From the human T2T-CHM13v2.0 reference genome, Homo sapiens: 64,000 nucleotides of DNA. The translations under genes and the position numbers were made by a program. The notes beneath the pieces are model-generated. The model made no database searches, was not told where the DNA came from, and was given only the letters and a program-made list of their open reading frames with translations. This document shows positions 14,401-28,909 of this stretch, piece by piece. Numbering within the stretch: position 1 is the first letter of the stretch; each line of letters begins with the position of its first letter. Location of the stretch: assembly GCF_009914755.1 (NCBI RefSeq), contig NC_060933.1. One strand, given 5' to 3'.

Positions 14401-17400
14401 TTCCATTCCATTCCCTTCCATTCCACTCTGGTTGATTCCATTCCTTTCCATTCCACTCGAATACATTCCCTCCTATTCCACTCGGAACGATTCCATTCCA
14501 TTCCATTCCATTCCTTTCCATTCAATTCCATTTCGTTCCATTCCATTCTATTCCGTATCATTCCATTCCATTCCATTCCATTCCATTCCATTCCATTCCA
14601 TTCCATTGTACTCGGGTTGATTCCATTCCATTGCATTCCATTCCATTCCATTCCATTCCATTCCGTTGCTTTCCATTCCATTACATTCGGATTGATTCTA
14701 TTCAACTCCCTTACTCTCCATTACATTCCATTCCATTCGGGTTGTTCCATTCCATTCCATTCCATTCCACTCCATTCCATTGCACTCTGGTTGATTCCAT
14801 TCCATTCCATTCCATTCCATTCAATTCCATTCCGGATGATTCCATTCCATTGCATTCCGTTCCATTACATTCCCCTGCACTCGCGTTGATTCCATTCCAT
14901 TCCATTCCATTCCATTCAATTCCATTCCATTACAATTCGTTCCATTCCATTCTATTCCGTACCATTCCATTCCATTCCATACCATTCCATTCCATTCCAT
15001 TCCATTCCATTCCATTATGTTCCATTCCGTTCCATTCCATTCCATTCCATTCTATTCGGATTAATTGCATTCCTTTCCATTTCATTCCATTCTATTCCAT
15101 TCCATTGCAATCGAGTTGAATCCATTGCATTTCTTTCCATTCCATTCCATTCCATTCCATTCCGGAAGTTTCCATTCCATTGCATTCCATTCCATTCCAT
15201 TCCCCTACACTCGCGTTGATTCCATTCCATTCCATCCATTCCATTCCGTTCCGTTCCATTCCATTCCATTCCATTCCGTTCCGTTGCATTCCATTCCATT
15301 CCATTCTATTCGGGTTAATTCCATTCCATTCCTTTCGATTGCAATCGAGTTGATTCCATTCCATTCCATTCCATTCCATTCCATTCCATTCCATTCCTTT
15401 CCATTCCATTACGGATGATTCCATTCCATTGCATTCCATTCCATTCCATTCCCCTGTACTCGGGTTGATTCCATTCCATTCCATTCCAATCCATGCCATT
15501 CCACTCGTGTTGATTCCATTCTTTCCATTCCATTCAAGTTGATTTCATTCCATTGCATTCCATTCCATTCGATTCCATTCGATTGCACTCGGGTTGATTC
15601 CATTCCATTGCATTCCATTCCATTCCATTCCATTCCATTCCATTCCATTCCATTCCATTCCATTCCGTTCCATTCCATTCCATTACATTCGGATTGATTC
15701 TATTCAATTCCCTTACACTCCATTACATTCCATTCCATTCGGGTAGTTTCCATTCCATTCCATTCCATTCCTCTCCATTCCATTGCACTCGGGTTGACTC
15801 CATTCCATTGCATTCCATTCCATTCCATTCAATTCCATTCCGTCACATTCCATTCCATTACATTCGGATTGATTCTATTCAACTCCCTTACTCTCCATTA
15901 CATTCCATTCCATTCGGGTTGTTCCATTCCATTCCATTCCATTCCACTCCATTCCATTGCACTCGGGTTGATTCCATTCCATTCAATTCCATTCCATTCC
16001 GGAAGATTCCATTCCATTGTATTCCATTCCATTCCATTCCCCTGCACTCGCGTTGATTCCATTCCATTCCATTCTATTCCATTCCATTCCCTTCCTTTCC
16101 GTTCCATTCCATTCCATTCCATTCCATTCCATTCCATTCCGTTCCGTTCCATTCCATTCCATTCCATTCTATTCGGGTTAATTCCATTCCATTCCATTCG
16201 ATTGCAATCGTGTTGATTCCATTCCATTCCATTCCATTCCATTCCATTCCATTCCATTCCATTCCTTTCCATTGCATTACGGATGATTCCATTCCATTGC
16301 ATTCCATTCCATTCCATTCCCCTGTACTCGGGTTGATTCCATTCCATTCCATTCCAATCCATGCCATTCCACTCGTGTTGATTCCATTCTTTCCATTGCA
16401 TTCAAGTTGAATCCATTCCATTGCATTCCATTCCATTCCATTCCTCTGCAGTCGGTTTGATTCCATTCCATTCCATTCCATTCCATTCCATTCCATTCCA
16501 TTCCAATCAAGTTGATTCCATTCCATTCCATTCCATTGCATTCCATTCCATTCCACTCCATTCCAGTCCTTTCCATTCCATTCCACTCGGGTTGATTCCA
16601 ATGTATTCCTTTCCATTCCATTCCATTCCATTGCAATCGAGTTGATTCCATTGCTTTGCATTCCATTCCATTCGATTCCATTCCGGATGATTCCATTCCA
16701 TTGCATTCCATTCCATTCCATTCACCTGCACTCGGGTTGATTCCATTCCATTCCACTCCATTCCATTCCATTCCATTCCATTCCATTGTATTCGGGCTAA
16801 TTCCATTCCATTCCATTCCATTCCATTCCATTCCATTCCATTCCATTACAATCGAGTTGATTCCATTCCATTCCATTCCATTCCAGTCCTTTCCATTCCA
16901 TTCCACTCGGGTTGATTCCATTCTATTAGTTTCCATTCCATTCCATTCCCTTCCATTGTATTCGCGTTAATTCCATTCCATTCCATTCCATTCCATTCCA
17001 TTCCATTCCATTACAAACGAGTTGATTCCATTCCATTCCATTCCATTCCAGTCCTTTCCATTCCATTCCACTCGGGTTGATTCCATTCTATTAGTTTCCA
17101 TTCCATTCCATTCCCTTCCATTCCACTCTGGTTGATTCCATTCCTTTCCATTCCACTCGAATACATTCCCTCCTATTCCACTCGGTACGATTCCATTCCA
17201 TTCCATTCCATTCCTTTCCATTCAATTCCATTTCGTTCCATTCCATTCTATTCCGTATCATTCCATTCCATTCCATTCCATTCCATTCCATTCCACTCCA
17301 TTGTACTCGGGTTGATTCCATTCCATTGCATTCCATTCCATTCCATTCCATTCCATTCCGTTGCATTCCATTCCATTACATTCGGATTGATTCTATTCAA

Positions 17401-20400
17401 CTCCCTTACTCTCCATTACATTCCATTCCATTCGGGTTGTTCCATTCCATTCCATTCCATTCCACTCCATTCCATTGCACTCGTGTTGATTCCATTCCAT
17501 TCCATTCCATTCCATTCCATTCCGGATGATTCCATTCCATTTCATTCCGTTCCATTACATTCCCCTGCACTCGCGTTGATTCCATTCCATTCCATTCCAT
17601 TCCATTCAATTCCATTCCATTACAATTCGTTCCATTCCATTCTATTCCGTACCATTCCATTCCATTCCATACCATTCTATTCCATTCCATCCCATTCCAT
17701 TCCGTTCCATTCCGTTCAATTCCATTCCATTCCGTTCCATTCCATTCCATTCCATTCTATTCGGATTAATTCCATTCCATTCAATTCCATTCCATTCTAT
17801 TCCATTCCATTACAATCGAGTTGATCCCATTCCATTCCATTCCATTCCAGTCCTTTCCATTCCATTCCACTCGGGTTGATTCCATTCTATTAGTTTCCAT
17901 TCCATTCCATTCCCTTCCATTCCACTCTGGTTGATTCCACTCCTTTCCATTCCACTCGAATACGTTCCCTCCTATTCCACTCGGAACGATTCCATTCCAT
18001 TGCATTCCATTCCATTGCATTGCATTCCATTCCATTCCATTCCATTTCGTTCCATTCCATTCTATTCCGTATCATTCCATTCCATTCCATTCCATTCCAT
18101 TCCATTCCATTCCATTGTACTCGGGTTGATTCCATTCCATTGCATTCCATTCCATTCCATTCCATTCCATTCCATTCCATTCCGTTGCATTCCATTCCAT
18201 TACATTCGGATTGATTCTATTCAATTCCCTTACACTCCATTAGATTCCATTCCATTCGGGTAGTTTCCATTCCATTCCATTCCATTCCTCTCCATTCCAT
18301 TGCACTTGGGTTGATTCCATTCCATTGCATTCCATTCCATTCCATTCAATTCCATTCCGTTCCATTCCATTCCATTACATTCGGATTGATTCTATTCAAC
18401 TCCCTTACTCTCCATTATATTCCATTCCATTCGGGTTGTTCCATTCCATTCCATTCCATTTCACTCCATTCCATTGCACTCGGGTTGATTCCATTCCATT
18501 CCATTCCATTCCATTCCATTCCATTCCATTCCGGAAGATTCCATTCCATTGCATTCCATTCCATTCCATTCCCCTGCACTCGCGTTGATTCCATTCCATT
18601 CCATTCCGTTCCGTTCCATTCCATTCCATTCCATTCCATTCCGTTCCGTTCCATTCCATTCCATTCCATTCTATTCGGGTTAATTCCATTCCATTCCATT
18701 CGATTGCAATCGTGTTGATTCCATTCCATTCCATTCCAATCCATTCCATTCCATTCCATTCCTTTCCATTCCATTACGGATGATTCCATTCCATTGCATT
18801 CCATTCCATTCCATTCCCCTGTACTCGGGTTGATTCCATTCCATTTCATTCCAATCCATGCCATTCCACTCGTGTTGATTCCATTCTTTCCATTCCATTC
18901 AAGTTGAATCCATTCCATTGCATTCCATTCCATTCGATTCCATTCGATTGCACTCGGGTTGATTCCATTCCATTGCATTCCATTCCATTCCATTCCATTG
19001 CATTCCATTCCATTCCATTACATTCGGATTGATTTTATTCAATTCCCTTACACTCCATTACATTCCATTCCATTCGGGTAGTTTCCATTCCATTCCATTC
19101 CATTCCTCTCCATTCCATTGCGCTCGGGTTGATTCCATTCCATTGCATTCCATTCCATTCCATTCAATTCCATTCCGTTCCATTCCATTCCATTACATTC
19201 GGATTGATTCTATTCAACTCCCTTACTCTCCATTACATTCCATTCCATTCGGGTTGTTCCATTCCATTCCATTCCATTCCACTCCATTCCATTGCACTCG
19301 GGTTGATTCCATTCCATTCCATTCCATTCCATTCCATTCCATTCCATTCCGTTCCGGAAGATTCCATTCCATTGCATTCCATTCCATTCCATTCCCCTGC
19401 ACTGGCGTTGATTCCATTCCATTCCATTCTATTCCATTCCATTCCCTTCCTTTCCGTTCCATTCCATTCCATTCCATTCCATTCCATTCCGTTCCGTTCC
19501 ATTCCATTCAATTCCATTCTATTCGGGTTAATTCCATTCCATTCCATTCGATTGCAATCGAGTTGATTCCATTCCATTACATTCCATTCCATTCCATTCC
19601 ATTCTATTCCTTTCCATTCCATTACGGATGATTCCGTTCCATTGCATTCCATTCCATTCCATTCCCCTGTACTCGGGTTGATTCCATTCCATTCCATTCC
19701 AATCCATGCCATTCCACTCGTTTTGATTCCATTCTTTCCATTCCATTCAAGTTGAATCCATTCCATTGCATTCCATTCCATTTGATTCCATTCGATTGCA
19801 CTCGGGTTGATTCCATTCCATTGCATTCCATTCCATTCCATTCCATTCCATTCCATTCTATTCCGTTCCATTCCATTCCATTACATTCGGATTGATTCTA
19901 TTCAATTCCCTTACACTCCATTACATTCCATTCCATTCGGGTAGTTTCCATTCCATTCCATTCCATTCCTCTCCATTCCATTGAACTCGGGTTGATTCCA
20001 TTCCAGTGCATTCCATTCCATTCCATTCAATTCCATTCCGTTCCATTCCATTCCATTACATTCGGATTCATTCTATTCAACTCCCTTACTCTCCATTACA
20101 TTCCATTCCATTCGGGTTGTTCCATTCCATTCCATTCCATTCCACTCCATTCCATTGCACTCGGGTTGATTCCATTCCATTGCATTCCATTCCATTCCAT
20201 TCCCCTGCACTCGCGTTGATTCCATTCCATTCCATTCTATTCCATTCCATTCCCTTCCTTTCCGTTCCATTCCATTCCATTCCATTCCATTCTATTCGGG
20301 TTAATTCCATTCCATTACATTCCATTCCATTACAATCGAGTTGATTCCATTCCATTCCATTCCATTCCAGTCTTTTCCATTCCATTCCTCTCGGGTTGAT

Positions 20401-21659
20401 TCCATTCTATTAGTTTCCATTCCATTCCATTCCCTTCCATTCCACTCTGGTTGATTCCATTCCTTTCCATTCCACTCGAATACATTCCGTCCTATTCCAC
20501 TCGGTACGATTCCATTCCATTCAATTCCATTCCATTCCATTCCATTCCATTCCATTTCGTTCCATTCCATTCTATTCCGTATCATTCCATTCCATTCTAT
20601 TCCGTATCATTCCATTCCATTCCATTCCCTTCCATTCCATTCCATTCCATTCCATTCCATTGTACTCGTGTTGATTCAATTCCATTGCATTCCATTCCAT
20701 TCCATTCCATTCCATTCCGTTGCATTCCATTCCATTACATTCGGATTGATTCTATTCAACTCCCTTACTCTCCATTACATTCCATTCCATTCGGGTTGTT
20801 CCATTCCATTCCATTCCATTCCACTCCATTCCATTGCACTCGGGTTGATTCCATTCCATTCCATTCCATTCCATTCCATTCCATTCCATTCCATTCGATT
20901 CCGGATGATTCCATTCCATTGCATTCCGTTCCATTCCATTCCCCTGCACTCGCGTTGATTCCATTCCATTCCATTCCATTCCATTCCATTCCATTCCTTT
21001 CCATTCCATTACGGATGATTCCATTCCATTGCACTCCATTCCATTCCATTCCCCTGTACTCGGGTTGATTCCATTCCATTCCATTCCAATCCATGCCATT
21101 CCACTCGTGTTGATTGCATTCTTTCCATTCCATTCAAGTTGAATCCATTCCATTGCATTCCATTCCATTCCATTCCCCTGCAGTCGGGTTGATTCCATTC
21201 CATTCCATTCCATTCCATTCCATTCCATTGCATTCCGTTCCGTTCCATTCCATTCCATTCCATTCTATTCGGTTTAATTCCATTCCATACCATTCGATTG
21301 CCATCGAGTTGATTCCATTCCATTCCATTCCATTCCATTCCATTCCAGTCCTTTCCATTCCATTCCACTCTGGTTGATTCCAATGTATTCCTTTCCATTC
21401 CATTCCATTCAATTGCAATCGAGTTGATTCCATTGCTTTGCATTCCATTCCATTCCATTCCCCTGTACTCGGGTTGATTCCATTCCATTCCATTCCATGC
21501 GATTCCACTCGTGTTGATTCCATTCTTTCCATTCTATTCAAGTTGAATCCATTCCATTGCATTCCATTCCATTCGATTCCATTCCATTGCACTCGGGTTT
21601 ATTCCATTCCATTGCATTCCATTCCGTTCCATTCCATTCCATTCCATTCCATTCCTCTG

Positions 21660-23070
21660 CACTCGCGTTGATTCCATTCCATTCCATTCCGTTCCGTTCC
21701 GTTCCGTTCCATTCCATTCCATTCCATTCCATTCCATTCCATTCCTTTCCGTTCCGTTCCATTCCATTCCATTGTATTCGGGTTAATTCCATTCTATTGC
21801 ATTCGATTGCAATCGAGTTGATTCCATTGCATTCCATTCCATTACATTCCGTTCCATTCCATTCCATTACATTCTATTCGGGTTAATTCCATTCCATTCT
21901 ATTCCACTCCATTGCAGTCCTTTCCATTCCATTCCACTCGGGTTGATTCCATTCTATTCCTTTCCATTCCATTCCATTCCATTGCAATCGAGTTGATTCC
22001 ATTCGAGTTGAATGCTTTCCATTCCATTTCATTCCATTCCATTGTACTCGGGTTGATTCCATTCCATTGCATTCCATTCCATTCCATTCCATTCCATTCC
22101 GTTCCATTCCATTCCATTCCATTCCATTCCAATCCATTCCGTTCCATTCCATTTCATAACATTCAGATTGATTCTATTCAATTCCCTTACACTCCATTAT
22201 ATTGCACTCCATTCTGGTTGTTTCCATTCCATTCCATTCCATTTCACTCCATTCCATTGCACTCGGGTTGATTCCCTTCCATTCCATTCCATTCCATTCC
22301 GGATGATTCCTTTCCATTGCATTCCATTCCATTCCATTAGCCTGCACTCGTGTTGATTCCATTCCACTCCATTCCATTCCATTCCATTCCATTCGATTCC
22401 ATTCCATTCCAATTCTTTCCATTCCATTCTATTCCGTACCATTCCATTCCATTCCATACAATTCCATTCCATTCCATTCCATTCCATTCCATTCCATTCC
22501 ATTCCGTTCCGTTCCGTTCAGTTCCGTTCCATACCATTCCATTCCATTCTATTCGGGTTAATTCCATTCCATTCCATTCCATTCCATTCCATTCTATTCC
22601 ATTCCATTGCAATCGAGTTGAATCCATTGCATTCCATTCCATTCCATTCCATTCCAGAAGATTCCATTCCATTGCATTCCATTCCATTCCATTCCCCTGC
22701 ACTCGCGTTGATTCCATTCCATTCCATTCCGTTCCGTTCCGTTCCGTTCCATTCCATTCCATTCCATTCCATTACATTACATTCCTTTCCGTTCCGTTGC
22801 ATTCCATTCCATTGTATTCGGGTTAATTCCATTCTATTCCATTCGATTGCAATCGAGTTGATTCCATTGCATTCCATTCCATTACATTCCGTTCCATTCC
22901 ATTCCATTACATTCTATTCGGGTTAATTCCATTCCATTCCATTCCACTCCATTCCAGTCCTTTCCATTCCATTCCACTCGGGTTGATTCCATTCTATTCC
23001 TTTCCATTCCATTCCATTCCATTGCAATCGAGTTGTTTCCATTCGAGTTGAATCCCTTCCATTCCATTCC
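21660..23070 (+). repeat. Two ~0.38 kb related blocks about 1.03 kb apart (21660-22050 and 22700-23070)
   Basis: Both carry the unusual word order GTATTCGGGTTAATTCCATTCTATT..GAGTTGATTCCATTGCATTCCATTCCATTACATTCCGTT..TTACATTCTATTCGGGTTAA..CCATTCGAGTTGAAT, which I did not see elsewhere. Confidence 0.75.
22651..22665. promoter_or_regulatory. Perfect heat-shock element motif, variant ATTCCAGAAGATTCC (also at 27959-27973)
   Basis: TTCCAGAAGATTC fits the HSF1 consensus TTCYRGAAnnTTC and lacks the CpG of the common variant. Motif match only. Confidence 0.45.
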
Positions 23071-24599
23071 ATTCCATTCCATTGCACACGGGTTCATTCC
23101 AATCCATTGCATTCCATTCCATTCCATTCCATTCCATTCCATTCCATTCCATTTTACTCGGGTTGATTCCATTCCATTGCATTCCATTCCATTCCATTCC
23201 ATTCCGTTGCATTGCATTCCATTACATTCGGATTGATTCTATTCAACTCCCTTACTCTCCATTACATTCCATTCCATTCGGGTTGTTCCATTCCATTCCA
23301 TTCCATTCCACTCCATTCCATTGCACTCGGGTTGATTCCATTCCATTCCATTCCATTCCATTCCATTCCGGATGATTCCATTCCATTACATTCCGTTCCA
23401 TTACATTCCCCTGCACTCGCGTTGATTCCATTCCATTCCATTCCATTCCATTCCATTCAATTCCTTTCCATTACAATTCGTTCCATTCCATTCTATTCCG
23501 TACCATTCCGTTCCATTGCATACCATTCCATTCCATTGCATTCCATTCCGTTCCATTCCGTTCCATTCCATTCCATTCCATTCTATTCGGATTAATTCCA
23601 TTCCATTACATTCCATTCCATTCTATTCCATTCCATTGCAATCGAGTTGAATCCATTGCATTTCATTCCATTCCATTCCATTCCATTCCATTCCGGAAGA
23701 TTCCATTCCATTGCATTCCATTCCATTCCATTCCCCTGCACTTGCGTTGATTCCATTCCATTCCATTCCATTCCATTCCATTCCATTCCGTTCCGTTCCA
23801 TTCCATTCCATTCCATTCCGTTCCGTTCCATTCCATTCCATTCCATTCTATTCGGGTTAATTGCATTCCATTCCATTCGATTGCAATCGAGTTGATTCCA
23901 TTCCATTCCATTCCATTCCATTCCATTCCATTCCTTTCCATTCCATTACGGATGATTCCATTCTATTGCATTCCATTCCATTCCATTCCCCTTTACTCGG
24001 GTTGATTCCATTCCATTCCATTCCAATCCATGCCATTCCACTCGTGTTGATTCCATTCTTTCCATTCCATTCAAGTTGATTCCATTCCATTGCATTCCAT
24101 TCCATTCGATTCCATTCGATTGCACTCGGGTTGATTCCATTCCATTGCATTCCATTCCATTCCATTCGATTCCATTCCATTCCATTCTGTTCCATTCCAT
24201 TCCATTACATTCGGATTGATTCTATTCAATTCCCTTACACTCCATTACATTACATTCCATTCGTGTAGTTCCCATTCCATTCCATTCCATTCCTCTCCAT
24301 TCCATTGCACTCGGGTTGATTCCATTCCATTGCATTCCATTCCATTCCATTCAATTCTATTCCGTTCCATTCCATTCCATTACATTCGGATTGATTCTAT
24401 TCAACTCCCTTACTCTCCATTACATTCCATTCCATTCGGGTTGTTCCATTCCATTCCATTCCATTCCACTCCATTCCATTGGACTCGGGTTGATTCCATT
24501 CCATTCCATTCCATTCCATTCCATTCCATTCCATTCGGGAAGATTCCATTCCATTGCATTCCATTCCATTCCATTCCGTTCCGTTCCATTCCATTCCAT

Positions 24600-27460
24600 T
24601 CCATTCCATTCTATTCGGGTTAATTCCATTCCATTCCATTCGATTGCAATCGAGTTGATTCCATTCCATTCCATTCCATTCCATTCCATTCCATTCCTTT
24701 CCATTCCTTTACGGATGATTCCATTCCATTGCATTCCATTCCATTCCATTCCCCTGTACTCTGGTTGATTCCATTCCATTCCATTCCAATCCATGCCCTT
24801 CCACTCGTGTTGATTCCATTATTTCCATTCCATTCTAGTTGAATCCATTCCATTGCATTCCATTCCATTCGATTCCATTCGATTGCACTCGGGTGGATTC
24901 CATTCCATTGCATTCCATTCCATTCCATTCCATTCCATTCCATTCCATTCCATTCCGTTCCATTCCATTCCATTACATTCGGATTGATTCTATTCAACTC
25001 CCTTACTCTCCATTACATTCGATTCCATTCGGGTTGTTCCATTCCATTCCATTCCATTCCTCTCCATTCCATTGCACTCGGGTTGATTCCATTCCATTGC
25101 ATTCCATTCCATTCCATTCAAATCCATTCCGTTCCATTCCATTCCATTACATTCGGATTGCTTCTATTCATCTCCCTTAGTCTCCATTACATTCCATTCC
25201 ATTCGGGTAGTTCCATTCCATTCCATTCCATTCCACTCCATTCCATTGCACTCGGGTTGATTCCATTCCATTCCATTCCATTCCATTCCGGAAGATTCCA
25301 TTCCATTGCATTCCATTCCATTCCATTCCCCTGCACTCGCGTTGATTCCATTCCATTCCATTCCATTCCATTCCATTCCATTCCATTCCTTTCTGTTCCA
25401 TTCCATTCCATTCCATTCCGTTCCGTTACGTTCCATTCCATTCCATTCCATTCTATTCTGGTTAATTCCATTCCATTCCATTCGATTCCAATCGAGTTGA
25501 TTCCATTCCATTCCATTCCATTCCATTCCATTCCATTCCATTCCTTTCCATTCCATTACGGATGATTCCATTCCATTGCATTCCATTCCATTCCATTCCC
25601 CTGTACTCGGGTTGATTCCATTCCATTCCATTCCAATCCATGCCATTCCACTCGTGTTGATTCCATTCTTTCCATTCCATTCAAGTTGAATCCATTCCAT
25701 TGCATTCCATTCCATTCCATTCCCCTGCAGTCGGGTTGATTCCATTCCATTCCATTCCATTCCATTCCATTCCATTCCATTCCGTTCTGTTCCATTCCAT
25801 TCCATTCCTTTCTATTCGGGTTAATTCCATTCCATTCCATTCCATTCCATTCCATTCCATTCCATTCCATTCCATTCCAATCGAGTTGATTCCATTCCAT
25901 TCCATTCCATTCCATTCCATTCCATTCCATTCCACTCCATTCCAGTCCTTTCCATTCCATTCCACTCGGGTTGATTCCAATGTATTCCTTTCCATTCCAT
26001 TCCATTCCATTGCAATCGAGTTGATTCCATTGCTTTGCATTCGATTCCATTCCATTCCATTCCGGATGATTCCATTCCATTGCATTCCATTGCATTCCAT
26101 TCCCCTGCACTCGGTTTGATTCCATTCCATTCCACTCCATTCCGTTCCATTCCATTCCATTCCATTGTATTCGGGTTAATTCCATTCCATTCCATTCCAT
26201 TCCATTCCATTACAATCGAGTTGATTCCATTCCATTCCATTCCATTCCAGTCCTTTCCATTCCATTCCACTAGGGTTGATTCCATTCTATTAGTTTCCAT
26301 TCCATTCCATTCCCTTCCATTCCACTCTGGTTGATTCCATTCCTTTGCATTCCACTCGAATACATTCCCTCCTATTCCACTCGGAACGATTCCATTCCAT
26401 TCCATTCCATTCCATTCCATTCCATTCCATTCCATTTCGTTCCATTCCATTCTGTTCCGTATTATTCCATTCCATTCCATTCCATTCCATTCCATTCCAT
26501 TCCATTCCATTCCATTCCATTCCATTGTACTCGGGTTGGTTCCATTCCGTTGCATTCCATTCCATTCCATTCCATTCCATTCCATTCCATTCCGTTGCAT
26601 TGCATTCCATTACATTCGGATTGATTCTATTCAACTCCCTTACTCTCCATTACATTCCATTCCATTCGGGTTGTTCCATTCCATTCCATTCCATTCCACT
26701 CCATTCCATTGCACTCGGGTTGATTCCATTCAATTCCATTCCATTCCATTCCATTCCATTCCGGATGATTCCATTCCATTACATTCCGTTCCATTACATT
26801 CCCCTGCACTCGCGTTGATTCCATTCCATTCCATTCCATTCCATTCCATTCCATTCCGGAAGATTCCATTCCATTGCATTCCATTCCATTCCATTCCCCT
26901 GCACTCGCGTTGATTCTATTCTATTCCATTCTATTCCATTCCATTCCCTTCCTTTCCGTTCTATTCCATTCCATTCCATTCCATTCCATTCCATTCCGTT
27001 CCGTTCCGTTCCATTCCATTCCATTCCATTCCATTCTATTCGGGTTAATTCCATTCCATTCCATTCGATTGCAATCGAGTTGATTCCATTCCATTCCATT
27101 CCATTCCATTCCATTCCTTTCCATTCCTTTACGGATGATTCCATTCCATTGCATTCCATTGCATTCCATTCCCCTGTACTCGGGTTGATTCCATTCCATT
27201 CCATTCCAATCCATGCCCTTCCACTCGTGTTGATTCCATTATTTCCATTCCATTCTAGTTGAATCCATTCCATTGCATTCCATTCCATTCGATTCCATTC
27301 GATTGCACTCGGGTTGATTCCATTCCATTGCATTCCATTCCATTCCATTCCATTCCATTCCATTCCATTCCGTTCCATTCCATTCCATTACATTCGGATT
27401 GATTCTATTCAACTCCCTTACTCTCCATTACATTCGATTCCATTCGGGTTGTTCCATTCC
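24600..27460 (+). repeat. Pair of ~0.45 kb duplicated blocks 2420 bp apart (24600-25050 and 27020-27460)
   Basis: Shared variants: CCTTTACGGATG (24706/27126), CCATGCCCTT, CCATTATTTCC, TTCTAGTTGAATCC and TACATTCGATTCC. Confidence 0.8.
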
Positions 27461-28909
27461 ATTCCTTTCCATTCCACTCCATTCCATTGCACTCGGGTTG
27501 ATTCCATTACATTCCTTTCCATTCCGGAAGATTCCATTTCATTGCATTCCATTACATTCCATTCCCCTGCACTCGCGTTGATTCCATTCCTTTCCATTCC
27601 ATTCCATTCCATTCCATTCCATTCCATTCCATTCCGTTCCGTTCCATTCCATTCCATTCCATTCCATTCCATTCCGTTCGTTCCATTCCATTCCATTCCA
27701 TTATATTCGGGTTAATTCCATTCCATTCCATTCGATTGCAATCGTGTTGATTCCATTCCATTCCATTCCATTCCATTCCATTCCATTCCATTCCGTTCCA
27801 TTCCACTCCATTATGTTCGGATTGATTGTACTCAACTCCCTTACTCTCCATTATATTCCATTCCATTCGGGTTGTTCCATTCCATTCCATTCCATTCCAC
27901 TCCATTCCATTGCACTCGGGTTTGTTCCATTCCATTCCATTCCATTCCATTCCATTCCATTCCAGAAGATTCCATTCCATTGCATTCCATTCCATTCCAT
28001 TCCCCTGCACTCGCGTTGATTCCATTCCATTCCATTCCATTCCATTCCATTCCATTCCATTCCTTTCCGTTCCATTCCATTCCATTCCATTCCATTCCAG
28101 TCCTTTCCATTCCATTCCACTCGGGTTGATTCCATTCTATTAGTTTCCATTCCATTCCATTCCCTTCCATTCCACTCTGGTTGATACCATTCCTTTCCAT
28201 TCCACTCGAATACATTCCCTCCTATTCCACTCGGAACGATTCCATTCCATTCCATTCCATTCCATTCCATTCCATTCCATTCCATTCCATTTCGTTCCAT
28301 TCCATTCTATTCCGTATCATTCCATTCCATTCCATTCCATTCAATTCCATTCCATTCCATTCCATTGTACTCGTGTTGATTCCATTCCATTGCATTCCAT
28401 TCCATTCCATTCCATTCCATTCCATTCCGTTGCATTCCATTCCATTACATTCGGATTGATTCTATTCAACTCCCTTACTCTCCATTACATTGCATTCCAT
28501 TGGGGTTGTTCCATTCCATTCCATTCCATTCCACTCCATTCCATTGCACTCGGGTTGATTCCATTCCATTCCATTCCATTCCATTCCATTCCATTCCGGA
28601 TGATTCCATTCCATTGCATTCCGTTCCATTACATTCCCCTGCACTCGCGTTGATTCCATTCCATTCCATTCCATTCCATTCAATTCCATTCCATTACAAT
28701 TCGTTCCATTCCATTCTATTCCGTACCATTCCATTCCATTCCATACCATTCCATTCCATTCCATTGCATTCCGTTCCATTCCGTTCCATTCCATTCCATT
28801 CCATTCTATTCGGATTAATTCCATTCCATTCCATTCCATTCCATTCTATTCCATTCCATTGAAATCGAGTTGAATCCATTGCATTTCATTCCATTCCATT
28901 CCATTCCAT

